Origin: Zootoca vivipara
Lineage: Eukaryota
Reading direction: 5' to 3'
DNA: 64,000 nt
NCBI RefSeq assembly: GCF_963506605.1
Contig: NC_083282.1
Coordinates: 45,198,001 to 45,262,000 of the forward strand
The translations under genes were made by a program, and so were the position numbers. The notes under the pieces are model-generated. The model saw nothing but the letters and a program-made list of their open reading frames with translations, had not been told where the DNA came from and ran no database searches. Of the stretch, positions 13,616 through 24,434 are shown one piece after another (within the stretch, counting starts at the first letter, position 1; every line of letters begins with the position of its first letter).

Positions 13616-13751
13616 CAGGCATCCCCAAACTTCGGCCCTCCAGGTGTTTTGGACTACAATTCCCATCTTCCCCAACCACTGCTCCTGTTAGCTAGGGATC
13701 ATGGGAGTTGTAGGCCAAAACATCTGGAGGGCCGCAGTTTGGGGGTGCCTG
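13616..13751. mobile_element. hAT-type MITE just downstream of the HPDL stop
   Basis: TIR CAGGCA(T/C)CCCCAAACT and 8-bp TSD CCTTAGGA (13608-13615, 13752-13759). Confidence 0.9.
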
Positions 13752-13835
13752 CCTTAGGAGGTTTGCAGAACTCGCACCATCAAGTTCACATACACACTGA
13801 GCACAGGATTGTGTGACAGTATTCGTGCGCATTCT

Positions 13836-15041
13836 TCAAACTTGCTGGTCCATATAGTTTTGTACAGACCGCCAGAGAGCACGAATGTTTCCCTCACCAA
13901 AACCTGTGGCCCCACATCGCTCTATAAGCTCCAGGAAGAAAGTATCTTCTGTAAAGAGAGGCTTGGTGAAGATCTGCATGAGGTATTGCTTCCCAAAAAG
14001 GCCTCCCGAGCCACTGTTGCCTCCTAAGTCAGTGTCCAGAAGGATGCCATGGTCCTTCAGGAGCTGAAGATTTTGCCCAGCTTGCCTTATCTCCTCCACC
14101 TTCCTTTTCTCACTGTAGTATGATAAGGGGGGCTTGAAAAAGTTTGCGCCAGATCTGGCCATGGCTGCAGCAGCCCCTATAATACCTGTGGTGTAGAGAG
14201 CCACGTGCTGGATGCCCGATCCACCGTGCTGTTCTAAGAAAGTATCCACCTGGTTCTTCTTTTGCTCTGGCAGAGACTCAGCTAGAATAATTTTACAGTC
14301 ATTGTGAAGCAGAGTTGAATCGCTCCCTTTGGACTGCATGGCAGTAAGACGAAGGCCCATACCAGCACCCTGGATTGTATAGCCATCAGTACCATTGTCT
14401 TGCTGGTGGATGGGGAAGCGCTGGAATCCCAAACAGTTCTTGTACCAGTCCAACACAGCTTGCGAGCTACCTTGGGGGCAAGCATAGGTGACATGGTCAA
14501 AATGTGTCACCTGGCCACCTGCCTGGAACTTCTTGGGAGCACCCTCTGCCATGTGGAAACCAGGCAGGAATGGTCCGCTGTACCGAGATCTGTCAAGTAG
14601 TGTGTGGCTGACGTTGCCTATGATGGATGCCACCACAGAATAAGTGACATGGCCATTTTCATCTCCCACAGCTGTGGGAGGGATGAGGATCTGACATCCT
14701 CGTTCCTGTAGGCTTTGGGAGATGCCAGGTACATCTTCTGCCTCAAAGCAAATGTTGGAGGCTGTACTGACGGCATACTCTAGGTCCACGTCATACAGGA
14801 TTCCTTTATCCTTGCGGCAGCCTGAAGATGGCACAGGCAGAGCGTCTCTCTTGGCAGGCTTCAGCCTTTCATTGACGAGAAAAACGGCATCGCCTCTCCG
14901 GAAGGCCAGCTGCCTGCTCCATTCTGCCACCCGTGCAGCAAACAGCTCGAATCCAAACTGGTGCACCAGGTTGCTGGCCAGCTGTTGCCCCTCAGGGACG
15001 TGGAACCCAATGTGGCACATCCGGTTCAGAAGACCAGGCAT
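13836..15041 (-). CDS. HPDL: 4-hydroxyphenylpyruvate dioxygenase-like protein, single coding exon, 401 aa from ATG 15041
   Basis: Uninterrupted ORF MPGLLNRMCHIGFHV...; VOC dioxygenase metal ligands FDHVTY, GIQHVAL, FLELIER and C-terminal GFGEGNIRALW; tail-to-tail with MUTYH as in other vertebrates. Confidence 0.96.
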   Translation of the reverse strand: MPGLLNRMCHIGFHVPEGQQLASNLVHQFGFELFAARVAEWSRQLAFRRGDAVFLVNERLKPAKRDALPVPSSGCRKDKGILYDVDLEYAVSTASNICFEAEDVPGISQSLQERGCQILIPPTAVGDENGHVTYSVVASIIGNVSHTLLDRSRYSGPFLPGFHMAEGAPKKFQAGGQVTHFDHVTYACPQGSSQAVLDWYKNCLGFQRFPIHQQDNGTDGYTIQGAGMGLRLTAMQSKGSDSTLLHNDCKIILAESLPEQKKNQVDTFLEQHGGSGIQHVALYTTGIIGAAAAMARSGANFFKPPLSYYSEKRKVEEIRQAGQNLQLLKDHGILLDTDLGGNSGSGGLFGKQYLMQIFTKPLFTEDTFFLELIERCGATGFGEGNIRALWRSVQNYMDQQV

Positions 15042-15130
15042 TGTGCTGTTTGAAAGGGTGGGCAATGGTAACACAGCTTTTGCTGCTAGACCTACAGAAA
15101 CAGAAAAGAAAGCCAGCTCAGTTGTTGTAG

Positions 15131-15276
15131 GGTGGGGAAGCTCAGTCGGTAGAGCATGAGACTCTTAATCTCGGGGTCATTAGTTCCAGTCCCACGTTGG
15201 GCAAAAGTTCCCTGCGTTACAGAGGGGGTTGGGCTGGATGACCCCAAGTGGTCCCTTCCAACTCTATGGTTCTATG
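15131..15276 (+). mobile_element. tRNA-Lys(CTT)-derived SINE with CR1-like 3' tail
   Basis: AGCTCAGTCGGTAGAGCATGAGACTCTTAATCTC..CCCACGTTGGGC matches tRNA-Lys-CTT, but the acceptor stem and T-arm are degraded. It is followed by the CR1-type tail GGTCCCTTCCAACTCTATGGTTCTATG. Confidence 0.85.
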
Positions 15277-15427
15277 GATGGGAACAGGGGCCTGTTCTGT
15301 TAGTGCCTCCAGGTTTTGTAGGGGGGGCAGGAGGAGGAGGCAGCTCTGTGCCACCTCCCTTCGGCTGACGTGTGCCTGAAAAATCAAAAGAATCCAGGTC
15401 TAAGGGAGGGGGGATCTGCCCCGCCCC

Positions 15428-15544
15428 CCGAAATCTGCACGTTTCTCCATTTCTCTCTGCCTAGCTGCAGAATATATCCTCTCCCTCCGAAATCTGCACG
15501 TTTCTCCTTGTCTCTCTGCCTAGCTGCAGAATCTATCCTCTCCC
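15428..15544. repeat. Tandem duplication with a 59-bp period
   Basis: CCGAAATCTGCACGTTTCTCC...CCTAGCTGCAGAAT.TATCCTCTCCC occurs twice, starting at 15428 and 15487. Confidence 0.85.
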
Positions 15545-15579
15545 CCTTTAGATCTTGCCTCAGGCCTCCTGATTGAAAG

Positions 15580-15900
15580 CTTATCTGCCGCGTGTCTTTG
15601 ACTCCTCATGCGAAAGTGACTTTCATGCAGCAAGCAGGCAGGCGCCGGAACTCCTCCTCCTCCCGCCGCTGACTTGAATCTCCTGCAAGGAGGGGCTCCG
15701 CAACACGCGCTCGGAAGCGGAAGGCAAGTGTCTCCAGGGCGCACGTGGGGCTACGCCAACATCTTCCACCGGCTCGCAGGTCCTAAGCAAAAGCAATTGC
15801 AACGGTTATCAGCCATTTAATGGGCTGCGTATACCGGAGCCGCAATCTCCTTTCCTACAACGCCATTACCACCACTACCGCCCCCCAAAAAACAACCAAG
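15580..15900 (-). promoter_or_regulatory. CpG-rich candidate HPDL promoter / non-coding first exon
   Basis: Local CpG enrichment, tandem ETS sites CGGAAGCGGAAG (~15712-15723) and E-box CACGTG (15742-15747). Confidence 0.55.
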
Positions 15901-16281
15901 AGCGTTTATTTTACCTTTGTTGATAACACTGTTTTGTGCTGTAATTCTTTTCCAATAATACATTGCTTTCATACCGCCACCACTGGGTGGGCAGCCTTGT
16001 TAAGTGTTTGCAGCGCTTGAAGACTCGCTGTTATTTTTATTATTTATGTGGGAAGGAGGTTTGCAATTCAATCTTGAAAGTATTTTTAAGAACAGACCTT
16101 TAGATCGAACCTCCCCTTTTCACACACTCGTAACAGTTTTAGATTTCAGTGGGAAGGCACAAGGAAGTGGCATGCTTTATGATGATGACTGATGATTATT
16201 TAATTTCTATGCTGCTTAATCTATTAAAAATATCTCTTAAACGGTGTACAGTAAACTGAAACAGCAACAGCAGACAAAACA

Positions 16282-16411
16282 CCCCTTCTCCACATAAGCG
16301 CCTGGGGACTCCTATTTCAGTGTATCTGAAGAAGTGTGCATGCACACGAAAGCTCATACCAAAATAAAAACTTAGTTGGTCTTTAAGGTGCTACTGAAGG
16401 ATTTTTTTTTT
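16282..16411 (+). mobile_element. Penelope-like element terminal (pLTR) fragment
   Basis: Shares sequence with the 3' region of the GIY-YIG element at 58403-58450. 15-bp TSD ACAGCAGACAAAACA (16267-16281, 16412-16426). Confidence 0.85.
16322..16359 (+). ncRNA. Minimal type I hammerhead ribozyme motif
   Basis: GUAU-CUGAAGA-A-GUGUG(CAUG)CACAC-GAAA-GC-UC-AUAC: conserved CUGANGA and GAAA boxes, stem II, UH cleavage site after C16355, stem I GUAU/AUAC, palindromic AGCU in place of stem III. Confidence 0.8.
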
Positions 16412-17458
16412 ACAGCAGACAAAACAAAATACTACAAAAATACACATAAAATGTTACATTAATAGAAAGTTACCACTATATTTAAATAGATATCAATGCA
16501 TTTTCCTTTTGACACACCCTCCCTCTCAGCACCCAGGGTCGAAACAAACTCTCAGCTCACCAACAAAAGTTTCAACGAGAAGAGTTCCTGGAAACCTCAG
16601 ACATCAGCCTAGCCTCTTGGGAGACTTGCAGATCCAAGGTGGATGGTACTTCCTCAGGCTGCCCTCGGCTGTGTCCCACTCAGCTGCACTCTCTACTCTC
16701 AGTTCCAGGTACAGCAGGTTTGCATGTGTCTTATCAGATCTTGGGAAATAATTCCTCTCCCTTCAGGGCTTCTAAAGTGGGGTGGGGACTATTGTGAGGG
16801 AAAAGAGTGCGTGTGTACTGCTGGAAAGGTATAGATTTGGGGAAGGCCAATACTTGGGGGCGGGGGTTGATGGGGAATGGCCTGTAGGTACTAGTTGTAC
16901 AGAAACCTGGCAAGAAAATGGGGACAGGACATAATTTCCAGGTTCTTGCGTTACTCTGCTGGTATGGGATCTTCAGCAGCACCACTCCTGCATGGAACAA
17001 GAGTGTATCTTAATGGTTAGCATTGGCACAGGAAGGAGCTGTGATGTGGGCTTTGTTACTCATGGTCTGGGCTTCTCACTGTTGCCCCACCAATGCAAGA
17101 AGGAGCAGCACTGCAGCACGTCCAATGGTGTTGGGGCCTTAAGGAGCAGTCTGGAAGCCATATAATCTACTCAGGAAATCCTATTTCAAAATGCATGACA
17201 TGGCAGCTTCTCTGTTGCAAGGCAGAGGTATTCTGCACATGTTCAGAGGAACTCTGTTTCGCTTTTACCTCACATCACTCAATCAGGTCACGTTTATTAT
17301 CCCAGAAAACCAGTTTTCCGCCCATGTCCTCTCATGTCAGTTCACATTCAATTAAATTTCCTCCAACCATTCGTGCCACCCTCAAATAAAAAAAAGAAAC
17401 AAAAATCTCAATTTTCCTCCCATCCATGCCTTCTTAGAGCTCTTCTTAGCATGTAGCC

Positions 17459-17692
17459 CAGGCTTCCTCAACCTCGGCCCTCCAGATGTTTTGAGACTAC
17501 AATTCCCATCATCCCTGACCACTGGTCCTGCTAGCTAGGGATCATGGGAGTTGTAGGCCAAAAACATCTGGAGGGCCGAGGTCATAGCTGCCAAGTTTTC
17601 CCTTTTCTCGCGAGGAAGCCTATTCAGCATAAGGGAATTTCCCTTAAAAAAAGGGATAACTTGGCAGCTATGGCCGAGGTTGAGGAAGTCTG
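17459..17692. mobile_element. hAT-type MITE carrying a nested MITE
   Basis: TIR CAGGCTTCCTCAACCTCGGC / GCCGAGGTTGAGGAAGTCTG; same internal core as 2878-3013. Confidence 0.85.
17583..17672. mobile_element. 90-bp nested hAT-like MITE
   Basis: TIR CATAGCTGCCAAGTT and perfect 8-bp TSD GCCGAGGT (17575-17582, 17673-17680). Confidence 0.9.
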
Positions 17693-17814
17693 CTGTAGAG
17701 TCTCACATGTAGGAAGTATCAATTCAAGCTTTGGATATTTGCCTCTTATCCATGAGGGAGGAAATGAAGCTGCTTCTCTTCATGTTCCTCACACTGTTTT
17801 CCAGCCATGTAACT

Positions 17815-18470
17815 GACAGACATGTCTGAACGTGATCCAAGTTCAGACTGTCTAGCTGAGAAAACAAGGTCCAGAGTATGACCTGCCACATTTGTTGGGC
17901 CAGTGATATGTTGGGACAGCCCCCTGGTTGTCATGGCAGCCATTAAGTCCTGAGACACCCCAGAGCCAGTCACCTCAGCATGGATGTTGAAGTCCCCCCA
18001 GAACCAGCAGTCTGGGAGTCCTCAACACAGCCTCTGAGACCAGCTCTGTCAGCTCAGGCAGGGAGACTGATGGGCAGCCAGGTGGTAAACCAATATAATC
18101 CCTAATCTGTCCTGATTGCCCAATGCCAGGAACACACACACTCTAAATTCCCCACACAACTGGACAGAGAGCCTGGAGGGAGCGAGAGACAGAGACACAG
18201 AATTTCTATAGACCACAGCAACTCCCCTCCCCAACCTTCAAGCCTGCCCTAATGTTGCACTGAGTACCAAGGTGGGCACAGCTGGGTGAAACCAACTCCA
18301 CCCTGGTCACCCACCCGGGTGATACAGACCAGATTGGCCTTCTCATCCATAATCAGATCATGGATGAGGGAGGTCTTCAGAGCTGACCTGAGATTCAGCA
18401 ACAGCAGCAACAAACCTGAGGGCAGCCTGATAGGACAGCTGCAATTCCCCAGGTTGGAGGAGAAGCTAGC
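17815..18470 (-). mobile_element. Degenerate L2/CR1-clade LINE, APE endonuclease region
   Basis: Frameshifted minus-strand pieces LLNLRS..KTSLIHDLIMDEKANLVCIT, LCPPWYSVQH, GRGVAVVYR, GDFNIH and GLSQHITGPTNVAGHTLDLVFS are typical of a LINE endonuclease. Confidence 0.8.
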
Positions 18471-19129
18471 ACACGACACAGTTGTTAACAATTGCTTCTT
18501 TCTCTTATTCAGTGTCAGGCTGACTGGCTTTGTGGTTTTTCTTCTGAATATCTAGATCAGCTAAATATTCTCTGCTGAATGACTGGTTATTTTGGGATAT
18601 GCAACTGACCTATAAACTCGGCACACAATATGCTTTAAATCATCTAATTATTTGAGCTGTACACAATCCTGGGAGTTTGTGCGTTGAAGGGCAGCCTATA
18701 AATAAAGCAAATATTTCCACGGTCACATGCAGCAAGGTCCTCAGCTTCGGTTACTGTACAAAATAAACACATTGAATGCACAGCAACCCATAGGTAGAGA
18801 TTATTGTCTTGATTAGGAAAAAATGGCTGCAATCGGCTGAATATTTATACCCATGAATTTTTGGGAAGGAGAATCCAAATAATATAGAAAGAGATTTTCT
18901 GGATCAACCAAATAATCTAATTCAATATCCAGTTTCCCACCGTGGCCAAATAGATTCCTCTGGGAAGCAAACAAATAGGGAAAGAAGGTAAAAGCCCTTA
19001 CCCACAGTTGGTTCCCAGCAACTATATTTATTAGCACAAACTGGACCTGCAACAAATTGATGCAGTATGGAGTGTTTGGTGTTCAAGTCAGTGGGCCATA
19101 CCCTCCATTATACTCCATCCCATTCCTCC

Positions 19130-19373
19130 ACCAGCATGGTGTAGTGGTTAAGAGCGGTAGACTTGTAATCTGGTGAATCGAGTTCACTTCCCCGCTCCTC
19201 CACATGCAGCTGCTGGGTGACCTTGGCTAGCCACACTTCTCTGATGTCTCTCAGCCTCACTCACCTCACAGAGTGTTTGTTGTGGGGGAGGAAGGGAAAG
19301 GAGAATGTTTGCTGCTTTGAGACTCCTTAAGGGGAGTGAAAGGTGGGATATCAAGTGCAAACTCCTCTTCTTC
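19130..19373 (+). mobile_element. tRNA-derived SINE (Squam3-like) with CTT tail
   Basis: CAGCATGGTGTAGTGGTTAAGAGC A box, GCTGGGTGACCTTGG core and CTCTTCTTC tail. Confidence 0.75.
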
Positions 19374-19756
19374 CCACCTGGTTTTAAGTGCCCCACCCCC
19401 AGCCGTGAGTCAGCATCCCATGGTCACTGAGCATGTTCAGTCCCCACTGGTCTGTTTTTGGGGAGCTCCCATATGGTTTTCTTTTTTCTTTTTACACTAA
19501 TGCAGACCTTGGAGTCCCCACAGACCCGCTGATTCTCCCATCACATGCATGGCTGATGCCAGGGTGCCATTTTGATTATCTAAACAATGGCAATCACGCC
19601 TGAAATTACACCCTTACGATGCTCATTGTCAAATCCTTCCCCTCATATACTTTAGAGTAGGAATAATAGGGAGTTCATGCCTGAATTGGAAACTCAAAGG
19701 AACTGTTTTTTCATATACTCATGGATATCTCATCATGCTGTACCAGTCTTACTAGT

Positions 19757-20130
19757 GGGTGGCACTGTGGTCTAAACCACTGAGCCTCTTGCTGATTTGA
19801 AAGTTGGCAGTTCGAATCTGCTTGATGGGGTGAGCTCCTGTTGCTCTGTCCCAGCTTCTGCCAACCTAGCAATTCAAAAGCATACCAGTGCAAGTAGATA
19901 AATATGTACCGCTGCAGCAGGAAGGTAAACGGTGTTTCCGTGCACTCTAGCTTTCATCATGGTGTCATCATGTGCCAGAAGCAGTTTAGTCATGCTGGCC
20001 AAATGACCCGAAAGTTGTCTGTGGACAAACGCTGATTTCCTCGGCCTGAAAGTGAGATGAGCGCCGCAACCCCATAGTCGCCTTTGACTGGACTTAACCG
20101 TCCAGGGGCCCTTTACCTTTTACCTTTACC
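19757..20130 (+). mobile_element. Sauria SINE, older subfamily
   Basis: GGGTGGCACTGTGGTCTAAACC head, typical body and (ACCTTT)n tail; similar to 52165-52556. Confidence 0.88.
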
Positions 20131-20144
20131 TACTAATCTTAAAA

Positions 20145-20492
20145 GGGACCCAGGTGGCGCTGTGGTTAAACCACTGAGCCTAGGGCTTGCTGACCAGAAG
20201 GTTGGCGGTTCGAATCCCTGTGACGGGGTGAGCTCCTGTTGCTTGGTCCCAGCTCCTGCCAACCTAGCAGTTCGAAAGCACGTCAAAATGCAAGTAGATA
20301 AATAGGAACCGCTACAGCGGGAAGGTAAACGGCGTTTCCATGTGCTGCTCTGGTTCGCCAGAAGCGGCTTTGTCATGCTGGCCACATGACCTGGAAGCTA
20401 TACGCCGGCTCCCTCGGCCAATAATGCGAGATGAGCGCGCAACCCCAGAGTCGGTCACGACTGGACCTAATGGTCAGGGGTCCCTTTACCCT
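20145..20492 (+). mobile_element. Sauria SINE, young copy
   Basis: Near-identical to the 12408-12760 copy. 14-bp TSD TACTAATCTTAAAA (20131-20144, 20493-20506). Confidence 0.93.
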
Positions 20493-20608
20493 TACTAATC
20501 TTAAAACAATTTTGCGCCTGAAGCAAAAAGTCAACGTATACCACCCCTTCACAATAATGCAAGTTGAGTGGGGAAAATTTGTCTGTTTTGGAATCTGTTG
20601 CCTGTAAC

Positions 20609-20744
20609 CAGGGCTTTTTTTCATCCAGAACTCACCGGAACTCAATTCCAGCATCTTTCAGGCGGACATCGTTGCCATGATAAGAGAACAATGGAGGCAT
20701 TCATGGTGAGTTCCGGCACTTCTTTTTCTAGAAAAATAGCACTG
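20609..20744. mobile_element. hAT-type MITE
   Basis: Ends CAGGGCTTTTTTTC / GAAAAATAGCACTG with 8-bp TSD CCTGTAAC (20601-20608, 20745-20752). Confidence 0.88.
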
Positions 20745-23359
20745 CCTGTAACAATTGCTTCCTTTTGCTTTATACCAAGGCGGCCCATCTCGTCACACCA
20801 ATAATGTATTCCTCAATGTAACTGAAAACTGCCAGGATGCAGTCATGTCATCTTCCAGAAGCATAATGCTTTCCAGTGTTCCTGGCCTGGCACTGCATGG
20901 TATTTCTTCAGTTCCTGAATGTGAAGTCTCTGAATGAAAAACAAGTACCGCTGGGTGTATGGCAGTGGTAAACGCAATTCATGCTGCTCTGAAATTATTC
21001 AAGGACATCTGTGTATCTATCCCCCAGCCAAGCACCTCCTCTCTCCCAGCCCCTTCTGGGTGGAGAGACCTTGAATGAGAGATAAAGTATGCCACAGCCA
21101 GCCTGGGGATAAGAGATCCGAGAGAACAGAGCTACAGTAGGACTGTCATAGAGTGGAGTAGAACAACAGCTGGAGTCACCTGAGAAAAGGCAAGAGTATC
21201 ACCTGGTTGGGAATTCTTGGCGCAGACTTGTTGGGAAGGCAGGTGTCAATGTCTATTAAGTTCAATTTCTGCAGTTTGTCAATATGCTTTGTGGAGGGGA
21301 GGCTCATGAGAAATATTTATCACAATGAAGTTAGAGCAGAAAGCTTCCGAACAAGGAAGGCAAAGTTGTGCTACTGCTTCCTAGAACAAAGTCTTGGTGG
21401 ATTCCTGAGAGGCACAACATTGGCAAGGTGTCAAATCACCTTTGATTGAACCACCTTTTGTGGGTGAGACTGTGAGAGGTTTTGAATCTTGCCAAGATAA
21501 GCATAATGAAGTTCTGCACCCTCATTATCTGATCTCTGAGTTGTTCCTAATCTACTACCACCACCCCAAGGCTGTTTTTCTTGGATGTGGGAAGGAGAGG
21601 AGTATATGGGAGGGAATTGCAGAAAGCCTGTGTGGTGGCAAGTAGGGGATGACGGGGACGTTGTGACCAGCTTTAGAATGCAAGTGCCACTGCTTCTGAT
21701 GGTGGACTCAAAAGCTTGTTCCACAGGACAATTAGGGGAGGGGAACATTCTGCCAAGATTTGGTTCAACCAAAGGCATTGCCTTCCCTGTTTTGCCGCTT
21801 TCTGGGATCAACAAGGGCTTTCTAAATAACCATTTTTATTGAGAGATTAGGGTGGTGTGGCTGAATCATGCTGGGATTGTGTGGCTTGTTTTTACAAGTT
21901 TAACAAGGCTTGGGTGTGTGTCCTTTTTTAACCAGTGTGTTGGAAAACAACAAGACTCTTGCTGAGATTTCATCCATGTGATTAATGTGTGTGGCTTACC
22001 AGGACTGTGCAAAACAGGCTGGCTCCCAGGGAGGAGCTTTCACCTGTTTTGTTCCTCCCCAGGCTTTTTAGCTCAGTTGGGTAGCTAAACCTCAATATGT
22101 AGCCAGTAACAAATCTTGGCTGTAGATAATTGTTAAGGAGGCAAGAGCTTCATCAGTATCCCAAGCTCAAACAACTCTCTAAGCCACCCTTGGCTTTGGT
22201 GCTGCACCCCACTGAGCTAAAGGGGCCACAGAGGAGCAGCTGTAATCTTATCCCCAGCAGCCAGTTCACACTAAACTATGGCTTTGCTTAGCATTAGATG
22301 TGAATGCAGCCAGAGCTGTAAAAAAATGTGGGGGAGAAACTAACGGTGCCTCCGGACTTCCACTATCTTGCAGAAGGAATGCAAGTACATGTTGGAAATT
22401 TAGATTTGCACAGTTAAAGCACATTAAAGGATTCTGGGCAACAAATTCACTTCACACAAAAACACCAGACTTTTTGCAGTTTGGAAAGTGATGGGGGAAT
22501 GCACTGAAAACATGTGCAATGAGCAAATGACTAATGGGAAGGCATATAAACACCCTGCAAGCAAATCTGAATGGATGCTAATTGTCATATAACTAACTAC
22601 CCTGCAAACAAATCAGAATGAATACTCAGCAAAGACTAGCTAAAATTTAACTTCTGTGTAAGCTTTGTGCAAGCAAATCAGGATGAATGTCAATAAACAG
22701 GGGGCTCAGTTTGTTGCGTAAGCTGCACATGAGAATTCTCTGCTCTGAGTTTGCTGACAACAGAGGAAGACAGTGCTTTTTTTCTCTTTGCTTTTTGAAC
22801 AGTTCTTAATTTTTAGCAAAACTTATACTGGAGCATTCATCTATGACAGGAAACATTCCATCACATCATCAGCCCTGCTTTGTATTTATAAATGTATAGG
22901 GAAAGGAAAACTGCAGTTGTTTAGTAACAAGTGAAAAACATATGATCAGATGCACAGTATTCCTAAATTCTAAGTGCAGGGAGGAAGTGGAAGCTGCAGC
23001 TGTTAAGCAGCATGGGGAATTACTTTATTAATTTATTAATGTTTAACTATTTGTGCATTCTCTCCCATGGTTATCTGACTCATATAGGGCCAGTCAATTA
23101 TTGCTGTGCCCCACTTGTAAAATGGGGCCAATATCCTCTAAAAGCAATAGGGTGCCTATATGTGACTTACGTACGTGAATTGCCTTGTGGCCTGTGGCTT
23201 ACTTCATTGCTTTTGTCCTGTCTAGATATTTGCTTGCATTCATTTTTAGTTCCCACTTTCTTCTTGAGGCATGTTTCAGTCCAGATTGTGTTGGCTTCAC
23301 CATTGTCTGCCAGACCAGACTGCTTGGCTGCCAGACTCCTTCTTTGGCCCTATCTGCTC

Positions 23360-23900
23360 CTCAAATTATGGTGGAACAACACAATACTAGGCATACTCAG
23401 TGCTTCCCCCAGGGGGGTACTCAAGGGTACGCAGTACCAGCACCTCTTTTTGTTGTTGTTAAAAAGTGTGGCACTTACTGTAACAGCTTCATGGTACCAG
23501 CACCTATTTTTCTAGAAAAAAAAGCACTGAGTATACTGTGTACCATTCTGGTCACCTCACCTAAAAATATATTCTGTAGAGTTGGAAAAGTTTCAGAAAA
23601 GGCCGGAGCAATTAAAATGATCAAAGGGCTGGTACAACCGTCTTATGAGGAAATATTACAACATTTGGGGATTTCCAGATGAGAAAAAAAGGTGTATGGC
23701 ATAGAGAACGTGGATGGAGAGAAGTTGTTCTCTGTCTTTCCAGAATATTAGGCCATCCAATGAAGCTGAAAATGGGAAAATTCAGGGCGGACAAAAAGAA
23801 GTACTATATAAGTACTTGCTCTCACAGGATGTGGAGATAGCCATTAATTTGGAGGTGTATGGGAAATGCACCTGGAAAACAAAATATATTAAGGAGTTAG
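23360..23900 (+). mobile_element. Degenerate CR1 LINE ORF2 3' fragment, interrupted by a MITE
   Basis: TACTGTGTACCATTCTGGTCACCTCACCT...TTGGAAAAGTTTCAGAAAAGG...AAAATGATCAAAGGGCTGG resembles the CR1 YCVQFWSP..LEKVQ..TKMIKGL region. Confidence 0.65.
23398..23529. mobile_element. hAT-type MITE
   Basis: CAGTGCTT...AAGCACTG ends with an imperfect 8-bp TSD GGCATACT/AGTATACT. Confidence 0.75.
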
Positions 23901-24168
23901 TGATCTGACACAGTTAGCCTTCCTGCCTCTGTTCCTTCCCCCTCCCTTGCTCTTGTTAAGTTTTTTGATGCTGTGAGAACAGTCTTTAATGTCCTGAGAA
24001 CTTTGGGAGGAGGTGAAGCCCTACACACAGCTGCCTTCATCAGTTGTGGAGGATAATTCTAGGTACCTTATTTGATGCTGGACATTGTTTTGACAAACTG
24101 AGGCCTTGGGAGGGGGTGGCTAATGGATGATCTGCACATAGCCAGCCTTGGAAGCCACACAGGCTATC

Positions 24169-24175
24169 TATAAAA
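24169..24175 (+). promoter_or_regulatory. Candidate TATA box for SELENOP2
   Basis: TATAAAA about 760 bp upstream of the acceptor (24928-24929) of the ATG-containing exon; that acceptor implies a non-coding first exon upstream. Confidence 0.4.
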
Positions 24176-24434
24176 TCGGATGCTTTGGGCAGAGTTTCTT
24201 TGAAGCTCGTGCACAGATTGATCGGCCACAGGGCCGTGCAAACTGAGGCTACCTGGGGGAGTCGCTTTGCCGCTTCTTGAGGGCTTCCAAGTGGCAGATT
24301 GAAGTGCTTGCTTGGTATATGTATACCTTGCTTGCTGTTTCAGAATAAAATCTTTAAACTTCTCACTCACTTGTGCATTTTGTACTGCTTCTGAATCTCA
24401 TTTTAAAAGAACCACCACCTTGCCGTTGGCAAGA

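Noticed and set aside
15042-15074. HPDL N-terminal extension MLPLPTLSNST in the ORF track
   Set aside because: It starts at a non-ATG codon; the first ATG is at 15041.
13809-15159. Plus-strand and alternate-frame ORFs overlapping HPDL
   Set aside because: Shadows of the HPDL coding sequence with no independent support.
15131-15203. Functional tRNA-Lys(CTT) gene
   Set aside because: The acceptor stem does not pair, the T-loop/B box is mutated (GTTCCAGT), there is no oligo-T terminator, and it continues into a CR1-like tail, so it is a SINE head.
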